Origin: an uncultured delta proteobacterium | Lineage (GTDB): Bacteria; Desulfobacterota; Desulfomonilia; Desulfomonilales; Desulfomonilaceae | Assembly: GCA_963789265.1 (NCBI GenBank) | Contig: CAWBKB010000003.1 | Location: forward strand, 32,001 to 96,000 | Reading direction: 5' to 3' | Length of the DNA stretch: 64,000 nucleotides | Position numbers and translations under genes: made by a program | The notes under the pieces: generated by a model | Seen by the model: the letters and a program-made list of their open reading frames with translations, nothing else | Told to the model about the DNA's origin: nothing | Databases searched by the model: none | Shown here: positions 11,085 to 21,107 of the stretch, one piece after another | Layout: the number at the start of each line of letters is the position of its first letter | How positions within the stretch are numbered: the first letter of the stretch is position 1

Positions 11085-12284
11085 CTATCGGTCGACTTCC
11101 GCCAAAACGATATCCACACTGGAGAGTATCGCAATCAAATCGGAAAAAAAGTATCCCTTGCCCATCCGTGGGAGGGATTCAAGATTCACGAACGCAGGTG
11201 CCCGCCATTTGAGTCGATACGGCCTGGGGCCGCCGTCGCTGACTATGTAGCAGCCAAGTTCACCCCGTGGAGATTCAATACATTGGTAAACTTCGCCGAC
11301 AGGCGGCTTCAACCCTTCCACTACGAGCATGAAATGATGGATGAGTGATTCCATCTTGGTGTAAATATCTTCTTGAGGCGGAAAAATCACTCCAGGCTTT
11401 TGCGCCCGCACAGGGCCATAGGGCAGCCTGTCCAAAGTCTGGCGCAGTATGCGATTGCTCTGCCTCATCTCCGCGACCCGGACCAGATATCGTGAGTACA
11501 CGTCGCAGCCGGTCTCGACCGGTACATCGAAGTCGTAATATTCGTACCCACAGTATGGTTCCCGCTTCCTGATGTCCCAGGCCAACCCGGAAGCCCGGAC
11601 CATCGGGCCGCTTGCCCCCAGAGCGATGGCCTCTTCAAGAGGCAGTATCCCGATGCCCTTTGTCCGGTCCATGTAGATAACGTTCTTTGTGAGCAGAGTT
11701 TCGTACTCGTCCACCCTTCGATCGAAGTGCTCGGTGAACGAGCGCAGCCGGTCGACAAATCCTTCTTCCAAATCTCGTATGAGCCCGCCGATCCTCAGAT
11801 AGTTCGGCATGAGGCGGCCACCTGCCGTGAGTTCGAAGAGATTCATAATCTCTTCGCGTTCTCTGAGCATATAGAACATCGGCGTCATTGCGCCGACGTC
11901 GTGCCCATGCGTGCCCAGCCAAAAGAGATGGCTGAAAATGCGGGACAACTCGGCCATCATCACCCGTATGACCTGAGCTCTTTCCGGGACGTCCACGCCG
12001 AGGAGTTTTTCCACAGCCAGGCAATAAGCGAGAGAATTGCTGGATGCTCCCATATAATCGCAACGCTCCGCCAGCGGGATCACCTGGTGGTAGTGTTTGT
12101 TCTCGCAGGTCTTCTCATAACCCCTGTGTAGATATCCCAGGTGCGGCACCACATCTACAACTAGCTCGCCATCGAGCTCGACTACGGCTCGGAACACTCC
12201 GTGAGTGCTGGGATGATGAGGTCCTAGATTTAGTTCCAGGAGTTCGCTACTGAAATTGAGTTTTGGGCTCACTTGTTCGCTCAT
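11085..12284 (-). CDS. nuoD: NADH-quinone oxidoreductase subunit D
   Basis: LNLGPHHPSTHGVFR, GYLHRGYEK, ESPRGELG, DIVLAEVDR. Confidence 0.96.
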   Translation of the reverse strand: MSEQVSPKLNFSSELLELNLGPHHPSTHGVFRAVVELDGELVVDVVPHLGYLHRGYEKTCENKHYHQVIPLAERCDYMGASSNSLAYCLAVEKLLGVDVPERAQVIRVMMAELSRIFSHLFWLGTHGHDVGAMTPMFYMLREREEIMNLFELTAGGRLMPNYLRIGGLIRDLEEGFVDRLRSFTEHFDRRVDEYETLLTKNVIYMDRTKGIGILPLEEAIALGASGPMVRASGLAWDIRKREPYCGYEYYDFDVPVETGCDVYSRYLVRVAEMRQSNRILRQTLDRLPYGPVRAQKPGVIFPPQEDIYTKMESLIHHFMLVVEGLKPPVGEVYQCIESPRGELGCYIVSDGGPRPYRLKWRAPAFVNLESLPRMGKGYFFSDLIAILSSVDIVLAEVDR

Positions 12285-12309
12285 GAGCTGTTTTCCTCGG
12301 GGTCCGCTC

Positions 12310-12807
12310 CTATGCGGGCAAGTCGGGAGTATCTTCTTCGGTTCCGTACAGAGGGAAGTCTTTCCTTAGAGGATGAACGGTCCATCCTTCCGGAAGGAGG
12401 AGCTTCCGTGGATCGGGGTGGTTCTTAAAGGTTATGCCGAACATTTCGGCCGTTTCTCTCTCGTGCCAGTTAGCCGTAGGCCAGATGGGCACCACCGAAT
12501 CAATCGATGGTTCACTTTCAGCCGTATCTTCCAGCAGCGCCTTTATTCGAAATCGGTGATTGTGTTTCAGGGAATGGAGTTGGTAAACAACCTCGAAACG
12601 GGGGGTCTTCGGATACCTGTCCACTGCACCTACAAATGAGAGGAAGTCGAAGGACAGCTCGGGATCTTCTTTCAGATAACGGCAGACATCCAGGATCTTT
12701 TCCATCGTTACCGTCAAGCTGATCTGATCGCGAAATTCGACCGCGGTCTGTATTGTATCCGGTCCAAACTGGGCCAGAACCTTCTCTTTAATGTCTTCCT
12801 GTTTCAT
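12310..12807 (-). CDS. nuoC: NADH-quinone oxidoreductase subunit C
   Basis: [18 protein letters not shown] and HPLRKDFPL. Confidence 0.96.
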   Translation of the reverse strand: MKQEDIKEKVLAQFGPDTIQTAVEFRDQISLTVTMEKILDVCRYLKEDPELSFDFLSFVGAVDRYPKTPRFEVVYQLHSLKHNHRFRIKALLEDTAESEPSIDSVVPIWPTANWHERETAEMFGITFKNHPDPRKLLLPEGWTVHPLRKDFPLYGTEEDTPDLPA

Positions 12808-13313
12808 CTAGCGGCTGCCTTGATGCTTGTTACACGGGGATTGTGGATGGACTGCTCCTTCAGGACCTTGGCGTGAAGCTGTAAAATTCCGTCCACCAAT
12901 GCCTCGGGTTTGGGAGGGCAGCCAGGGATGTAGACATCCACCGGGAGGTGGCGGTCGATGCCTTGCACCACGGCGTAATTCTTGTAGATACCGCCGGTAC
13001 ACGCGCAAGCCCCCATGGCAATCACCCAGCGGGGTTCTGCCATTTGCTCATAGATTCTGAGTACCGCGGGGAGCATCTTCTTGGAGGCAGTACCGGAAAC
13101 TATCATCAGATCCGCATGCCGTGGAGAAGGTCGGAACACTTCCATGCCGAACCGGGAGAGATCGTACCGGCTGACAACCGTGGCTATCATCTCGAGAGCG
13201 CAGCATGCTAAGCCGAAACCCAGCGGCCACATGGATGACTTGCGCGCCCAGTTGACGAACCATTCGAGGTTGGTGACGTGAACGGTGTCGTTGAGATGTC
13301 CTTTTATTCCCAT
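12804..13313 (-). CDS. nuoB: NADH-quinone oxidoreductase subunit B
   Basis: [28 protein letters not shown]; start at ATG 13313 overlapping nuoA end. Confidence 0.96.
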   Translation of the reverse strand: MGIKGHLNDTVHVTNLEWFVNWARKSSMWPLGFGLACCALEMIATVVSRYDLSRFGMEVFRPSPRHADLMIVSGTASKKMLPAVLRIYEQMAEPRWVIAMGACACTGGIYKNYAVVQGIDRHLPVDVYIPGCPPKPEALVDGILQLHAKVLKEQSIHNPRVTSIKAAAR

Positions 13314-13660
13314 TCCAATGCACCTTTTTTCCAAACATAAACGAGGCCCAAGAGGAGAACCACCACGAACACGAACATCTCCGCGAAGCCAAACATCTTC
13401 AACTGGTCGTAAATGGTCGCCCAGGGAAATAGGAAGATCAGTTCGATGTCGAAGACGATGAAGAGCATCCCCATTACAAAGAATCGGACTGAAAATCGTC
13501 GTCTCGCGCTTCCTATGGGATCCATACCGCATTCATACGGCATCAACTTGATCGGTGTAGGGTTTCTCCCGGCCAAAAGCGTGGAAAGCACAATAATAGC
13601 CAGGCCTATGAATGCGGATATCAGCAAAATCACCAGGATGGGAAGGTAGCTGTTGGTCAT
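13304..13660 (-). CDS. nuoA: NADH-quinone oxidoreductase subunit A
   Basis: [21 protein letters not shown]. Confidence 0.97.
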   Translation of the reverse strand: MTNSYLPILVILLISAFIGLAIIVLSTLLAGRNPTPIKLMPYECGMDPIGSARRRFSVRFFVMGMLFIVFDIELIFLFPWATIYDQLKMFGFAEMFVFVVVLLLGLVYVWKKGALEWE

Positions 13661-13812
13661 ACCTCTTCTCCGGCTCCAAGCGCCTGCTTCCTGAAAACAG
13701 GAACCCCGACGCGATATTTATTAGTGACTATGATGGCTGATACGGAGAGGCATCCGATGAAGGGCCTACGTAACCGTAACATGCCCTTGTTACAGCCCGC
13801 CTGGCAAAGTTG

Positions 13813-14775
13813 TCAAGGTTTTTTTCCCGCTCTTCTCGTCGCCCCCGGGAGAGTATCTCCGAAAAGAAAAGCTATGTCAAGCCTGGTTCCGGCTCCGGGT
13901 TCAGACACGAGCCTCATCGTGTCCGAGCATCTTTTAATATTAGCCAAGCCCATGCCGGCACCGAATCCCATGTCTCGAATCCATTCCGGAGCGGTGGAGA
14001 AGCCCGGCTGAAGAACTTGTTGCAGGTTATCTATTCCGGGGCCGTGGTCAACTGCGGACACCATTAGCCGACCCTGACGAATTTCTACAGTTATTTCCCC
14101 GCCCACGTCAGTGTGTATAACGAGATTCATCTCGGCCTCGTATACCGCCACAGCGACTCTTCTCACCAGAGGCGGTAAAAATCCGAGCCGTTGAAGAGAT
14201 TTCTTGATCATGCTGGATGCCTTGCCCGCATTGGCAAAATCTTTGTCATTCACTATGTAACGCAAAGTGACGCTTGTATCGTCGGACTCGATGTCCTCGA
14301 ATATGTGGCTTGCGCGGTATGTTTGCAGCTTCTCGGCTTCCTTCTTCTGAAAGCTCACGTCCATTTCACGCAGAAGCGCCCTAATCACTGTGCCCGTGGT
14401 AAGGATGCCCACCAGTTTCCCGTCTCCGTCCACCACAGGCAATCTCGCGAATCCATGTCCGCCGAGATTGCTCAGGGCCTCCGTCAGGGACGCGTCCTTC
14501 GATACGGTCTTAACCTCCCGCGTCATGTTATCCGCGGCCCGCGTGCTCAGCAGCCCTTTTTCCATCGCGTCGATCACGTCGGTCATGCTCAGGATGCCGA
14601 CGATTCGGTCTCCATCAAGCACCGGCGCACCGGTAATGCGCTTGGCCCGCATCAACTCCTTCACATCGGCCATAGACATGGAGGGGTCGATCACGATGAC
14701 GTTCGGCGCCATGACGCTTTCCACTCTTGTGGTGTAAATCAACTCCTGAACTTTGGTGATTTCCTGGATAGTCAT
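13813..14775 (-). CDS. CBS-pair plus RsbT-like Ser/Thr kinase (HATPase) fusion
   Basis: Two CBS repeats, then YEAEMN..IH, DHGPGI, GFSTA, GFGAGMGLANIK. Confidence 0.88.
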   Translation of the reverse strand: MTIQEITKVQELIYTTRVESVMAPNVIVIDPSMSMADVKELMRAKRITGAPVLDGDRIVGILSMTDVIDAMEKGLLSTRAADNMTREVKTVSKDASLTEALSNLGGHGFARLPVVDGDGKLVGILTTGTVIRALLREMDVSFQKKEAEKLQTYRASHIFEDIESDDTSVTLRYIVNDKDFANAGKASSMIKKSLQRLGFLPPLVRRVAVAVYEAEMNLVIHTDVGGEITVEIRQGRLMVSAVDHGPGIDNLQQVLQPGFSTAPEWIRDMGFGAGMGLANIKRCSDTMRLVSEPGAGTRLDIAFLFGDTLPGATRRAGKKP

Positions 14776-14776
14776 G

Positions 14777-15148
14777 TCACCACGAGTCGTTTTGTATTTG
14801 TACCTGCCCGAGCCCCGGCAGCCCTGCTTTGAAGAGACGGCCGCAGGCCTCGTACATCGTATAACCTGTGTTGATAATCGTTATATTGGACTCACGCGCC
14901 AGTTCCACAGTTTCGGGAGGCGGAGTCTTGTCCCGCACGAACACGATCACGTTTATGCCCGCCATTTCTGCGGTGCGAACGACTTGGGGGTTGGTCAGAC
15001 CTGTCATGAGCACCATGCCTTCAGTGCCGAACGCGAGAACATCACTCATGAGGTCCGCTGCGCCGCCCCTCGGGACCTCCTCATCCAGACCATGATTTTC
15101 TACGAGGATCCGCCCTGATAGTATCTCCACCAGTTCCCGGATTTTCAT
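14777..15148 (-). CDS. DRTGG-domain protein
   Basis: ADLMSDVLAF, LMTGLTNPQVVRTAEM, MYEACGRL; start MKIRELV. Confidence 0.87.
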   Translation of the reverse strand: MKIRELVEILSGRILVENHGLDEEVPRGGAADLMSDVLAFGTEGMVLMTGLTNPQVVRTAEMAGINVIVFVRDKTPPPETVELARESNITIINTGYTMYEACGRLFKAGLPGLGQVQIQNDSW

Positions 15149-15346
15149 GAACTCTCCAGACCCGGCTATGACGGTCAAGAAAATTATTGGACCACCATCA
15201 TTCTATGTTGTCAAGCTCCAGAGCCTAGACTGGGCGCTTGATTGAGGGGGTTACAGCCACCCTTGCCTTGCCTGGATTCGCAGGTTATACAGGGCCACAG
15301 GTCACTCTTTTCGCAAACACGTTGAAGTTAGGCATTCGGTACGGAA

Positions 15347-15423
15347 GGAGATTGCTTCGCTGCGCTCGCAATGACAGGTGGTGGGAATGTCATTGCGAGG
15401 AGTGAAACGACGAGGCAATCTCC
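15347..15423. repeat. REP-like long hairpin (TGTCATTGCGAG family)
   Basis: GGAGATTGC...CTCGCAATGACA / TGTCATTGCGAG...GCAATCTCC; related copy at 17941-18022. Confidence 0.8.
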
Positions 15424-15521
15424 ACATTGAAAACATGTGACCGAACCTGTGTACATGGCCCTCAAGTCCGGCACCTTGCCTGACTCCGGCAGACCAGTCT
15501 GAAAGAGACGCGCGTAATACG

Positions 15522-17378
15522 GTGAACAACATGCTCTATTCGGGTGACAAACCGAATCCGCACCTTAATTCATTCGTCATGGACCACGCCCGGAGCCGGT
15601 CCTTTGATTCCAACAGCGACAGTTATGTGGTACAGGAGTTTGCCTCTCCTATAAAAACTACGAAGAACTCGCCCATTTACAGCATGCATTCGTACCACCT
15701 GGGGAAAAAGCCGCATGATGCGGTGGAAGCTTACATCAAGCATTACACGTCAGCGGGTGATCTCGTGCTGGACCCATTTTGCGGGTCGGGCAGCACAGCT
15801 TTGGCTGCACTCGTGCAAGGCAGAAAGGCGATAGCCATAGATGCCTCGCCGGCTGCTACGTTCATCACTCGCTTCTACATTTCGCGATCCGATCCGACGG
15901 ACCTGGCCGACCGTTTTCAGCGAATGTGCGCCGCGGTGAGCGAAGAGATGAAATACCTTTACGGAACCGTCTGTCACCACTGCAACTCTTCGGCCACCAT
16001 CCATTATGCGATTTATTCAAACCTGTATGAATGTCCGTCGTGCTCCAGGCGCGTGTCCCTATATGAAGCCGGCCGGCACAATCCCCCGTGCTGCCCGTGG
16101 TGCCTCTCCGAACACGGACTCTTCCAACCTATTTCTCCATTCCTCAGGACTCACGGCTATGAGCCTGTGGCAGTAAATTTTTCATGCCACGGCTCCTGTA
16201 AGCCGAAGCGGATGACCCGCTCGATCTTGGGGTCGGCAAAAGATCGCGAAGCATTTCAAGGTATAGATGTTCCTCGAATTCGAGAAATAGAGGCTGCTCC
16301 TGTTACTTACCCTTATCCGAACCGGTTCATGATGAACGTCGCGGACCCAAACATTCCCTGGGGTGACGAATGGCGCCCCAGTCGAAACTTCAGACGGGTT
16401 GCGGATCTCTTCACCTGCAGAAATCTCAGAGCAGTTGCCGCGTTCATGCAGGCAGCCGGTTCAGATGAAGATCTTCGCGCGATAATCACGTCGGGTATGT
16501 TTGCAGTGAGCCGAAAGGCCCAGCATCTTGATGAAGGCGGCGGATATGTGCCGGGTAACTGGGCTTTGCCCCCCATGTCCAAGCAGCGCAACTGTATGGA
16601 AAGCCTTAGTAGAATCTTCGCTCGCATTTTGACCGCCAAGAAAATCCTCAACACGCGATTACAATCGCAAGACGCGTGCATTTCCACTCAATCCGCAACT
16701 TCATTGGCTCAGATCCCGTCCGATTCGGTGGATTATATTTTCACCGATCCGCCGTACGGTGGAACGGTTCAGTATGGCGAACTGAACTTCATCTGGGAGT
16801 CGTGGTTGGGCTTGAATACGGAGTGGCACGATCAAGAGATCGTTGTGAATCGTACCCGTGGGAAGTCGTTGCAGGACTGGGCGGAAATGATGTTCCTCGC
16901 GATAGGGGAATGCTACCGTGTGCTGAAGCCCGGCCGGTGTCTCTCACTCTGCTGGCACGATGCCTCAGCCTCAACCTGGCGCCACCTGCAAAACATCATG
17001 GCCGGAGTGGGGTTCACTGTGGAGCAATCCGACCGCGCGCTGTACATTGATACCGGTTCCAATACATACAATCAGCGAGTAACCGACAAGGTGGTGAGGC
17101 GCGATCTGGTCATAAATTTTCGGAAGCCGCGGCCTGGGGAATCAGATCGCGATGCCTTGGCAGTCAGAACAACCTCGACCCCTTTTCACGTCAGAGCCCG
17201 CCTCATTATCACAGATTATTTGAAAGCTCATCCGGGATCGCCCAAAGACAGAATATACGATCACCTTATGTGCAAACTCATCAGAACAGGTCCAGTAGAA
17301 GACCACGACTTCGGCAAGCTCCTGTCGCAGATCGCTATAAAAGCCGGTGATGGCAGAAATGCGTGGTTTTTGATGTAA
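15522..17378 (+). CDS. Orphan amino-DNA methyltransferase with Cys-rich (Zn-ribbon) insert
   Basis: DPFCGSG SAM-binding motif, DYIFTDPPY catalytic motif, CHHC/CPSC/CPWC, ECYRVLKPG. Confidence 0.85.
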   Translation: MNNMLYSGDKPNPHLNSFVMDHARSRSFDSNSDSYVVQEFASPIKTTKNSPIYSMHSYHLGKKPHDAVEAYIKHYTSAGDLVLDPFCGSGSTALAALVQGRKAIAIDASPAATFITRFYISRSDPTDLADRFQRMCAAVSEEMKYLYGTVCHHCNSSATIHYAIYSNLYECPSCSRRVSLYEAGRHNPPCCPWCLSEHGLFQPISPFLRTHGYEPVAVNFSCHGSCKPKRMTRSILGSAKDREAFQGIDVPRIREIEAAPVTYPYPNRFMMNVADPNIPWGDEWRPSRNFRRVADLFTCRNLRAVAAFMQAAGSDEDLRAIITSGMFAVSRKAQHLDEGGGYVPGNWALPPMSKQRNCMESLSRIFARILTAKKILNTRLQSQDACISTQSATSLAQIPSDSVDYIFTDPPYGGTVQYGELNFIWESWLGLNTEWHDQEIVVNRTRGKSLQDWAEMMFLAIGECYRVLKPGRCLSLCWHDASASTWRHLQNIMAGVGFTVEQSDRALYIDTGSNTYNQRVTDKVVRRDLVINFRKPRPGESDRDALAVRTTSTPFHVRARLIITDYLKAHPGSPKDRIYDHLMCKLIRTGPVEDHDFGKLLSQIAIKAGDGRNAWFLM

Positions 17379-17402
17379 TCCCCGCCACGGCAATGAGCAA
17401 AT

Positions 17403-17750
17403 CTAGGCCGCTACTCGCTTGCCGTCGAGAAGCTTTAGACAGAGAGAATGCAGCTTAGTCAATTCACGCTGAAATTCGCGTTGAGCTTCTTCCGCGGGCA
17501 ACGAGTCAAAGAGGTCCGGCAATTGAACTCCGTGGCTCATGATTTGGTCCGCGATAGTTTTTTTCATGGTTTTCCGAACAAACAGGCAGTTCTCAGCGTG
17601 AAAGAAAATACTGCGCGAGTCCTTTACGCCTATCAATCCGCTCGTGAGTGACTCGATGATACCTAGACACAGCAAGGTAAAAAAAGTGATCTGCTGCTCT
17701 CTATCGCCTGTCTGCAAAAGTAAGCTTTTAAGATTTATAACGTTTCTCAT
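17403..17750 (-). CDS. DUF3969-like protein (putative immunity protein)
   Basis: 115 aa helical protein resembling DUF3969 by recall; ATG overlaps the TGA of the upstream remnant. Confidence 0.6.
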   Translation of the reverse strand: MRNVINLKSLLLQTGDREQQITFFTLLCLGIIESLTSGLIGVKDSRSIFFHAENCLFVRKTMKKTIADQIMSHGVQLPDLFDSLPAEEAQREFQRELTKLHSLCLKLLDGKRVAA

Positions 17751-17888
17751 CGGACACCATACTTTGGGAAGAATTTGACTCCAGCGACTTGACCCGACGC
17801 GTGTTCAAAATAATGGACTTCACCCGTAGAACCGAGCTTGATCACCTTCTGCTATTTTCCAGGAGGCGGCGCTTGGAAACCAGGATTT
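17747..17888 (-). pseudogene. Truncated polymorphic-toxin C-terminal tip remnant
   Basis: Frame NPGFQAPPPGK*QKVIKLGSTGEVHYFEHASGQVAGVKFFPKYGVR* ends ATGA-overlapping the downstream gene; internal TAG; no obvious start. Confidence 0.4.
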
Positions 17889-17890
17889 TA

Positions 17891-18088
17891 TAGGGATTCT
17901 CAAAAGTAATCGCGGATTGACCAGACGAGACGCCAAAGATTGTCATTGCGAGGGCGAGGGCCCGAAGCAATCTCGACTGGGGCAAAACTGAGATTGCGTC
18001 GTCGTTCCTCCTCGCAATGACACGGTTCAGCCGTTCGAGTTTTTACGAGTAGCAGATCCCAACCCGACGATATTTTCGAGGACTGCTA
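17891..18088. mobile_element. MITE-like element carrying REP hairpin 17941-18022
   Basis: Imperfect terminal IRs TAGGGATTCTCAAAAGTA / TATTTTCGAGGACTGCTA flanking TGTCATTGCGAG...CTCGCAATGACA. Confidence 0.5.
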
Positions 18089-18115
18089 CAAATTCATCCC
18101 CTTTTCAATAGCATG

Positions 18116-18143
18116 TTGCCTGATCTCTCTTCGCTGCTATAAT
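18116..18143 (+). promoter_or_regulatory. sigma70-type promoter with extended -10
   Basis: TTGCCT-N16-TATAAT with TGn directly before the -10, upstream of the DUF169 gene. Confidence 0.5.
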
Positions 18144-18214
18144 GAGGTCGGGCGAACACAGAATTGTAAGGCTGACTATCTCAAGTGCGACTTTCTCAGC
18201 ATACTGGAGATGAC

Positions 18215-19054
18215 ATGACTGCTATCAACATGACCAAGGTCAAGGAATTCTTGGAAGTCCTCGGAGTGAAAGAAGACCCCCTGGGCATGCTTTACTCCAA
18301 CGATCAACCTACTGAAGGCATTTCGCCCAAGCCCGGGATGCTCCCGACTAGAGAAGCGGAAGCTGCGCAACAGGTCGATTGGCCTTCAATAAACGCAAAC
18401 TGGAGCTGCGTAATCGGCGCGATCTGGCGCGCTCGCAAGAAAAGAACCACCGCGTATTTCGACAGGGAACATTTTGGATGTTTGGGCGGTGCGTTCTATC
18501 TTGGTTTCTTGAAACAACAACTGGAGACGATCACCTATTATGTATCGACAGGAATTCCGGGCCAATTGGAAGGCGAACATTACCTTGAATCCGCGGAGGT
18601 CACCAAGAACTTCTTCCGAACAGTAGACCCTCGCCCCGCGCCCGCGAAGTTTTGCATTTTCAAGCCCATCAGTCTGTTCCGCGAAGACGAGAGTCCGGAA
18701 CTTGTCATCTTCTTTTCGAGACCTGAGAGTGTCGCGGGGCTCAATCAGTTAGCCACATTCGTAACCAACGACTTTGAAGCAGTCTCTTCCCCTTTCGGAG
18801 CGGGGTGCTCGAACATCGTGACCTGGCCGCTCAGGTATCTTGCGCAAGGAAAACTTAAAGCGGTTCTCGGGGGCTGGGACCCTTCGGACCGCAAGTTTCT
18901 GAAGCCCGACGAAATCACCTTCACGGTTCCGTACGAGATGTTTGTGCGGATGGTCGATCGATGGTCCGATTCGTTTCTCGCCACTGCGACATGGGAAGTC
19001 GTGAAAAAGAAAGCAGAGCGTAGCCGCAAGGCCTGGGGAGAATCGGAGGATTAG
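18215..19054 (+). CDS. DUF169 family protein
   Basis: SCVIG.IWRAR, FGCLGG, PFGAGCSNIV, GGWDPS.R pattern; GGAG upstream of ATG 18215. Confidence 0.8.
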   Translation: MTAINMTKVKEFLEVLGVKEDPLGMLYSNDQPTEGISPKPGMLPTREAEAAQQVDWPSINANWSCVIGAIWRARKKRTTAYFDREHFGCLGGAFYLGFLKQQLETITYYVSTGIPGQLEGEHYLESAEVTKNFFRTVDPRPAPAKFCIFKPISLFREDESPELVIFFSRPESVAGLNQLATFVTNDFEAVSSPFGAGCSNIVTWPLRYLAQGKLKAVLGGWDPSDRKFLKPDEITFTVPYEMFVRMVDRWSDSFLATATWEVVKKKAERSRKAWGESED

Positions 19055-19165
19055 AAGCGGTAGCAAGGCCGCTTGAAATCGCAAGATGCGGTTTCCCCGC
19101 CAGTACCATCGGAGCTACCGCATCCCGCACGAGCCGCAGCACCTACCGATCAAGCGTCAACCTTG

Positions 19166-19567
19166 TCACTGGCTCTTTTCAAGGTTGTTCATCTCTCGGT
19201 CGAACTCACGCCAATACGCTCTATTACAGCCGGAAATGCAGTTGGCATACAGGTAATAACCGGGCTGATAACCGCCGCCACCTCCCCAGCCCTGCTCTTC
19301 CACTTGAGGAGGAGAGTCTTCATCTGAATAGGGAGAAAGGCCGTAACGCTCGCGGCATGACTGTTCACATCCTTCGCGGTCGAACTCGACCAATTTGCCG
19401 TATTGTGCAAGGCCCACACTCGAACACGGAAGAATGACCGCAAATGCCGGATTGATGAATTGCGTGGGCGAAGCCGCAAAGACCTGAGGCGAAAAGCCGC
19501 CGAACGTTAACAATAGTGCAACACCCACCACTGCTGTTCCTGCCGGTAAAAATTGTGACCGTCGCAT
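19166..19567 (-). CDS. Hypothetical secreted protein with two CxxxC motifs
   Basis: Signal-like N-terminus after GAGGAGG; CEQSC and CISGC. Confidence 0.6.
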   Translation of the reverse strand: MRRSQFLPAGTAVVGVALLLTFGGFSPQVFAASPTQFINPAFAVILPCSSVGLAQYGKLVEFDREGCEQSCRERYGLSPYSDEDSPPQVEEQGWGGGGGYQPGYYLYANCISGCNRAYWREFDREMNNLEKSQ

Positions 19568-19674
19568 TGTGCGCCCTCCTCTTGTCATTGAATCATTCCT
19601 AGTCCTCATCCACCACTACAAGAGTTAGATGCAACGGGAAGACTTTTGTTTCATGAAGTGATGGAACTTCGCTG

Positions 19675-20808
19675 TCACCCGGTTAGAGACGCCTTAAGCG
19701 CCTCACAGACCCTGTCCTGCTGCTGATCGGTCAAATGAGAATAGAGAGGAAGGGCAAGCGACTCACGCGAAGCAGTGTAAGTGTTGGGAAGCTCCCCAAC
19801 GATGCGATGCGGTCGATTTTTGAACGCAGTTTGAGCGTGAACCGGTGGGTGGAAGTATCTCTTAGTTTGTATGTTGTGGGACTTCATCTTTTCGTAGACC
19901 GCGTCCCGCTTTAAACGGGCCTCGTCGCCAATCAACACCGTGAAATAGTTCCCGCTGGAGGTCCGATCGTTCGGAAATTCCTGGACCCGGCAGCCCGGAA
20001 ACGTGGCCACACAGGCCCTATATCTCCCAATCAATCTTAGTCTTGCCTTGATCAGACGCTCTGCGTCGCGTAGACTTAGAAGTCCCACAGCCCCATGAAG
20101 CTCACTCATCCTGACCGAAAGTCCGTTATATGCCATGTTTTCGCCGTCAGGCCCCTTGCCGTAATCTCTCATGCTTCGGAGCTTCTCGGCCAAAATACGG
20201 TCGTTCGTGGTAACCAAACCGCCTTCAATCGCCGTGACCACTTTGGTGGGGCTGAGAGAGAATACCTCACAAAGCCCAAATACGCCCGAAGGCTTGTCAC
20301 GAAATCTGGATCCGAGTCCCTGTGCTGAATCGAACAGTAGCGGAATAGAGTACTTGACGGATATGTCGTGCAGACGGTCCATGTCCGGCGGCAAGCCGAA
20401 TATGTTTACAGGGCACACGGCCGCGGTCCTCGGCCCTACCGCCTTGACAACCTCATCCGGATCTATGGTCATTGTCCCGGGCAGGCAATCAACAAAGACC
20501 GGAACAAGCCTGTTCCAAAATATCGCCTCCACCGTCGCGGCAAAGGTGAAAGAGGGCACAACGACTTCGGCCCCGTCCGGAAAGTCCATGGCCGCGAAAG
20601 CCAACATCAGACCCGATGTGCAACTTGAAACCGCGACTGCATGGCTAGCGCCCGTGAGTCGGCAGGCTTCTTGCTCAAAGGCCGCAACGATATGCCCGGA
20701 GGTCACGATACCTGCTTCGGAAGCCTGTCGGAACATCTCCAGGATTTTGCTCATGTCCGGCAAAGTCGGACGAATCAACGGGATCGGCGGTTCGAATTTG
20801 GCACCCAT
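19675..20808 (-). CDS. DegT/DnrJ/EryC1/StrS PLP aminotransferase
   Basis: AVSSCTSGL, VPSFTFAAT, DSAQGLG, SLSPTKVVTAIEGG. Confidence 0.92.
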   Translation of the reverse strand: MGAKFEPPIPLIRPTLPDMSKILEMFRQASEAGIVTSGHIVAAFEQEACRLTGASHAVAVSSCTSGLMLAFAAMDFPDGAEVVVPSFTFAATVEAIFWNRLVPVFVDCLPGTMTIDPDEVVKAVGPRTAAVCPVNIFGLPPDMDRLHDISVKYSIPLLFDSAQGLGSRFRDKPSGVFGLCEVFSLSPTKVVTAIEGGLVTTNDRILAEKLRSMRDYGKGPDGENMAYNGLSVRMSELHGAVGLLSLRDAERLIKARLRLIGRYRACVATFPGCRVQEFPNDRTSSGNYFTVLIGDEARLKRDAVYEKMKSHNIQTKRYFHPPVHAQTAFKNRPHRIVGELPNTYTASRESLALPLYSHLTDQQQDRVCEALKASLTG

Positions 20809-21107
20809 TAGACTCCACTGAAACGCATTGAGATTTGCCTGGAGAATCTCTCATACCTTCTTTCCTCCGGCAAGGCGAACGACAGGGAATTCTTGCCCGA
20901 CGGTAGTAGAGTGGAAAGTTAGGCGGCTGAAAAGAACCTATCGCAAATTGAAAAATAGCGCCACTGCAAAGTATTCATCGAGAGGAGCCTGAGGTCATGT
21001 TTGTGCAATGGTGCCCGCTCTTGACGAACCTTCTACCGTGTGTTCCAATACTAAGAGGCGACTTCTAAAGAAGAAAGCATTTTCAAAACAAGCGAAGGGA
21101 CAACATA

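Noticed and set aside
11085..12284. Group 4 [NiFe]-hydrogenase large subunit, given the HyaD protease in the window
   Set aside because: Lacks the N- and C-terminal CxxC Ni ligands; ends DIVLAEVDR like NuoD
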